This document shows positions 62,258 to 64,000 of a stretch of DNA of 64,000 bases, in pieces. This DNA is from Malacoraja senta (taxonomy: Eukaryota). The position numbers and the translations under genes were made by a program. Within the stretch, counting starts at the first letter, position 1; each line of letters starts with the position of its first letter. Where the stretch lies: positions 7,132,001 to 7,196,000 of the forward strand of contig CM075991.1 of the NCBI GenBank assembly GCA_038087875.1, written 5' to 3'. The notes beneath the pieces are model-generated. The model did no database searches and was not told the origin of the DNA. It saw only the letters and a list, made by a program, of their open reading frames with translations.

Positions 62258-64000
62258 ATGCATGACACCACACAAAAGAACCTAGGAGGAGTCTCATTTT
62301 GTAGTTGGAATATAAGAGGTATTAATGAACCTATCAAAAGGGGTAAGATATTAGCTCAGCTAAAAATGTATAATTCTGACATTACCTTCCTACAAGAAAC
62401 ACACCTAAAACCTCAGGACCAAGTTAGGCTGAGGGCGAAATGGATAGGTCAAACATACCACTCTTCATTCACTTCAAAATCTAGAGGCACGTCAATTATC
62501 ATAAGAAAAGGTATACCATTTAAAGCAAAGAATATTATAACAGATATAGAAGGGAGATACCTAATAGTTAATGGAGAAATCCATGACACTCCACTTACTT
62601 TGGTAAATATATATGCCCCTAACTTTGATAACCCCCACTTTTTCAATAAAATCTTCAATATAATTGCAGAGTCAAACTATCAAAATGTTATAATAGGCGG
62701 AGACTTTAATTGTGTTTTAGACCCGTACTTAGATAAATCAAGTCAAAAACAGAGAGGGAATATGAAATCGAAAACTGGGGAACTCCTCAATACCTACATA
62801 AACAACACTAATATAGCAGATGTTTGGAGAATTGTGAATCCAACTGGCAGGGAATATTCGTTTTACTCAATGGTACATAAGACATACTCACGTATAGACT
62901 ACTTTCTGCTGGATACAAAATTAATCCCCCAAACATCTAATGCAATATATCATACAAATTCAATTTCAGACCATTCTCCACTAACTTTCTTTTTAAAACT
63001 GGAAGGATTGTCTAAGAATAATTCATTCTGGAGATTTAACTCTCAAATTTTAAAAGATCCACAAGCGAGTATATATTTAAAAGAACAAATGGAGGTCTTT
63101 TTTCAAACAAATGATACTTCAGATATATCGCCTACTTTACTTTGGGAATCTTTTAAAGCATACATTAGGGGTATTATAATTTCATATCAAGCTTTTCAAA
63201 ATAAAAAGAATAAGAATGAACAAAGACAGTTAGAAGAACTTATTAGACAAATGGATATAGATAATGCTAAAGATCCAACAATAGATAAACATAATAAAAT
63301 AATAATTTTAAAATTTAAATTAAATAAATTATTATCTGCCAAACTTATAAGACTTTTTCAAATTACAAAACAAGAGCACTTTGAATTTGGGGATAAACCG
63401 CATAAACTTTTGGCTCGCCAGCTAAAAAAACGAGAAAAGGAACATACTATACCAAAGATCAAATCAGATAAAGGGGAATTATTAACAACACCGAAGGATA
63501 TTAATAAAAGATTTGCGCAATTTTACGAGAATTTGTATACATCTAAAACGATAATTGATTCCAATAATATCACAAAGTTCTTGGATACCTGTAATCTTCC
63601 AAAGTTAGAGCTGAAGGAACAAGAGGAACTGGGTGCACAAATCTCAATTAAGGAATTAGAAGATACAATAAACTCACTAAAAAATGGAAAAACACCAGGC
63701 CCTGATGGATTTACTAATGAATTTTATAAAAACTTTTATGATAAAATAATACCAAGATTACAAAAAATGTACCAATACGCTTTTAAAAAACGAATACTAC
63801 CTGATACATTAGCGGAATCAACGATTACATTAATACCTAAGAAAAATAAGGATTTAGAAGAACCTGGCTCATATAGAGCTATAGCATTGTTAAACACAGA
63901 TCAAAAAATATTAGCGAAAACATTAGCCAGAAGATTAAGTAAATACATTAGTAAATTAATAAACCCAGATCAGACAGGGTTTATCCCTAAGAGATACTCT
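62258..64000 (+). CDS. L1 ORF2p N-terminal part (APE and start of RT), open to window end
   Basis: ATG at 62258 corresponds to 1149 in copy 1; no frameshift at 63407; absent from the ORF track only because no stop is reached. Confidence 0.93.
   Translation, partial: MHDTTQKNLGGVSFCSWNIRGINEPIKRGKILAQLKMYNSDITFLQETHLKPQDQVRLRAKWIGQTYHSSFTSKSRGTSIIIRKGIPFKAKNIITDIEGRYLIVNGEIHDTPLTLVNIYAPNFDNPHFFNKIFNIIAESNYQNVIIGGDFNCVLDPYLDKSSQKQRGNMKSKTGELLNTYINNTNIADVWRIVNPTGREYSFYSMVHKTYSRIDYFLLDTKLIPQTSNAIYHTNSISDHSPLTFFLKLEGLSKNNSFWRFNSQILKDPQASIYLKEQMEVFFQTNDTSDISPTLLWESFKAYIRGIIISYQAFQNKKNKNEQRQLEELIRQMDIDNAKDPTIDKHNKIIILKFKLNKLLSAKLIRLFQITKQEHFEFGDKPHKLLARQLKKREKEHTIPKIKSDKGELLTTPKDINKRFAQFYENLYTSKTIIDSNNITKFLDTCNLPKLELKEQEELGAQISIKELEDTINSLKNGKTPGPDGFTNEFYKNFYDKIIPRLQKMYQYAFKKRILPDTLAESTITLIPKKNKDLEEPGSYRAIALLNTDQKILAKTLARRLSKYISKLINPDQTGFIPKRYS

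Larger units (their letters stand above)
60205..64000 (+). mobile_element. L1 LINE, copy 2, with intact 5' end; runs off the window
   Basis: CpG-rich ~190-bp 5' UTR after AAAATCAGGCCT (60193-60204), ORF1, spacer, open ORF2; I see four differences from copy 1 over 2.89 kb. Confidence 0.97.

Overview
Repeat-dense vertebrate genomic DNA, most likely from a cartilaginous fish (skate or ray), inferred from abundant HE1-like tRNA/V-domain SINEs and CR1 (HER1-like) LINE tails. No host protein-coding gene is recognisable, so this is probably intergenic or one large intron. The window is bracketed by two near-identical, young L1 copies offset by 61,109 bp. Copy 1 (1-5357) has a 1-bp ORF2 frameshift; copy 2 (60205 to window end) has an intact 5' end, ORF1 and an open ORF2. 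The 12-mer after copy 1's poly-A is the same 12-mer that precedes copy 2, so both probably represent one insertion seen twice (tandem or false duplication around a 200-N gap at 26497-26696). The interior holds dozens of short Penelope-like (GIY-YIG) terminal repeats carrying a minimal hammerhead-ribozyme-like core, mostly as TSD-flanked inverted pairs. One of these appears to have captured sequence from another copy 16 kb away. Also present are CR1, L2, Rex1/Babar and Vingi-like LINE fragments, four related Harbinger-like MITEs and one hAT MITE. Family names come from motif recognition, not database searches, and boundaries of old repeats are approximate.
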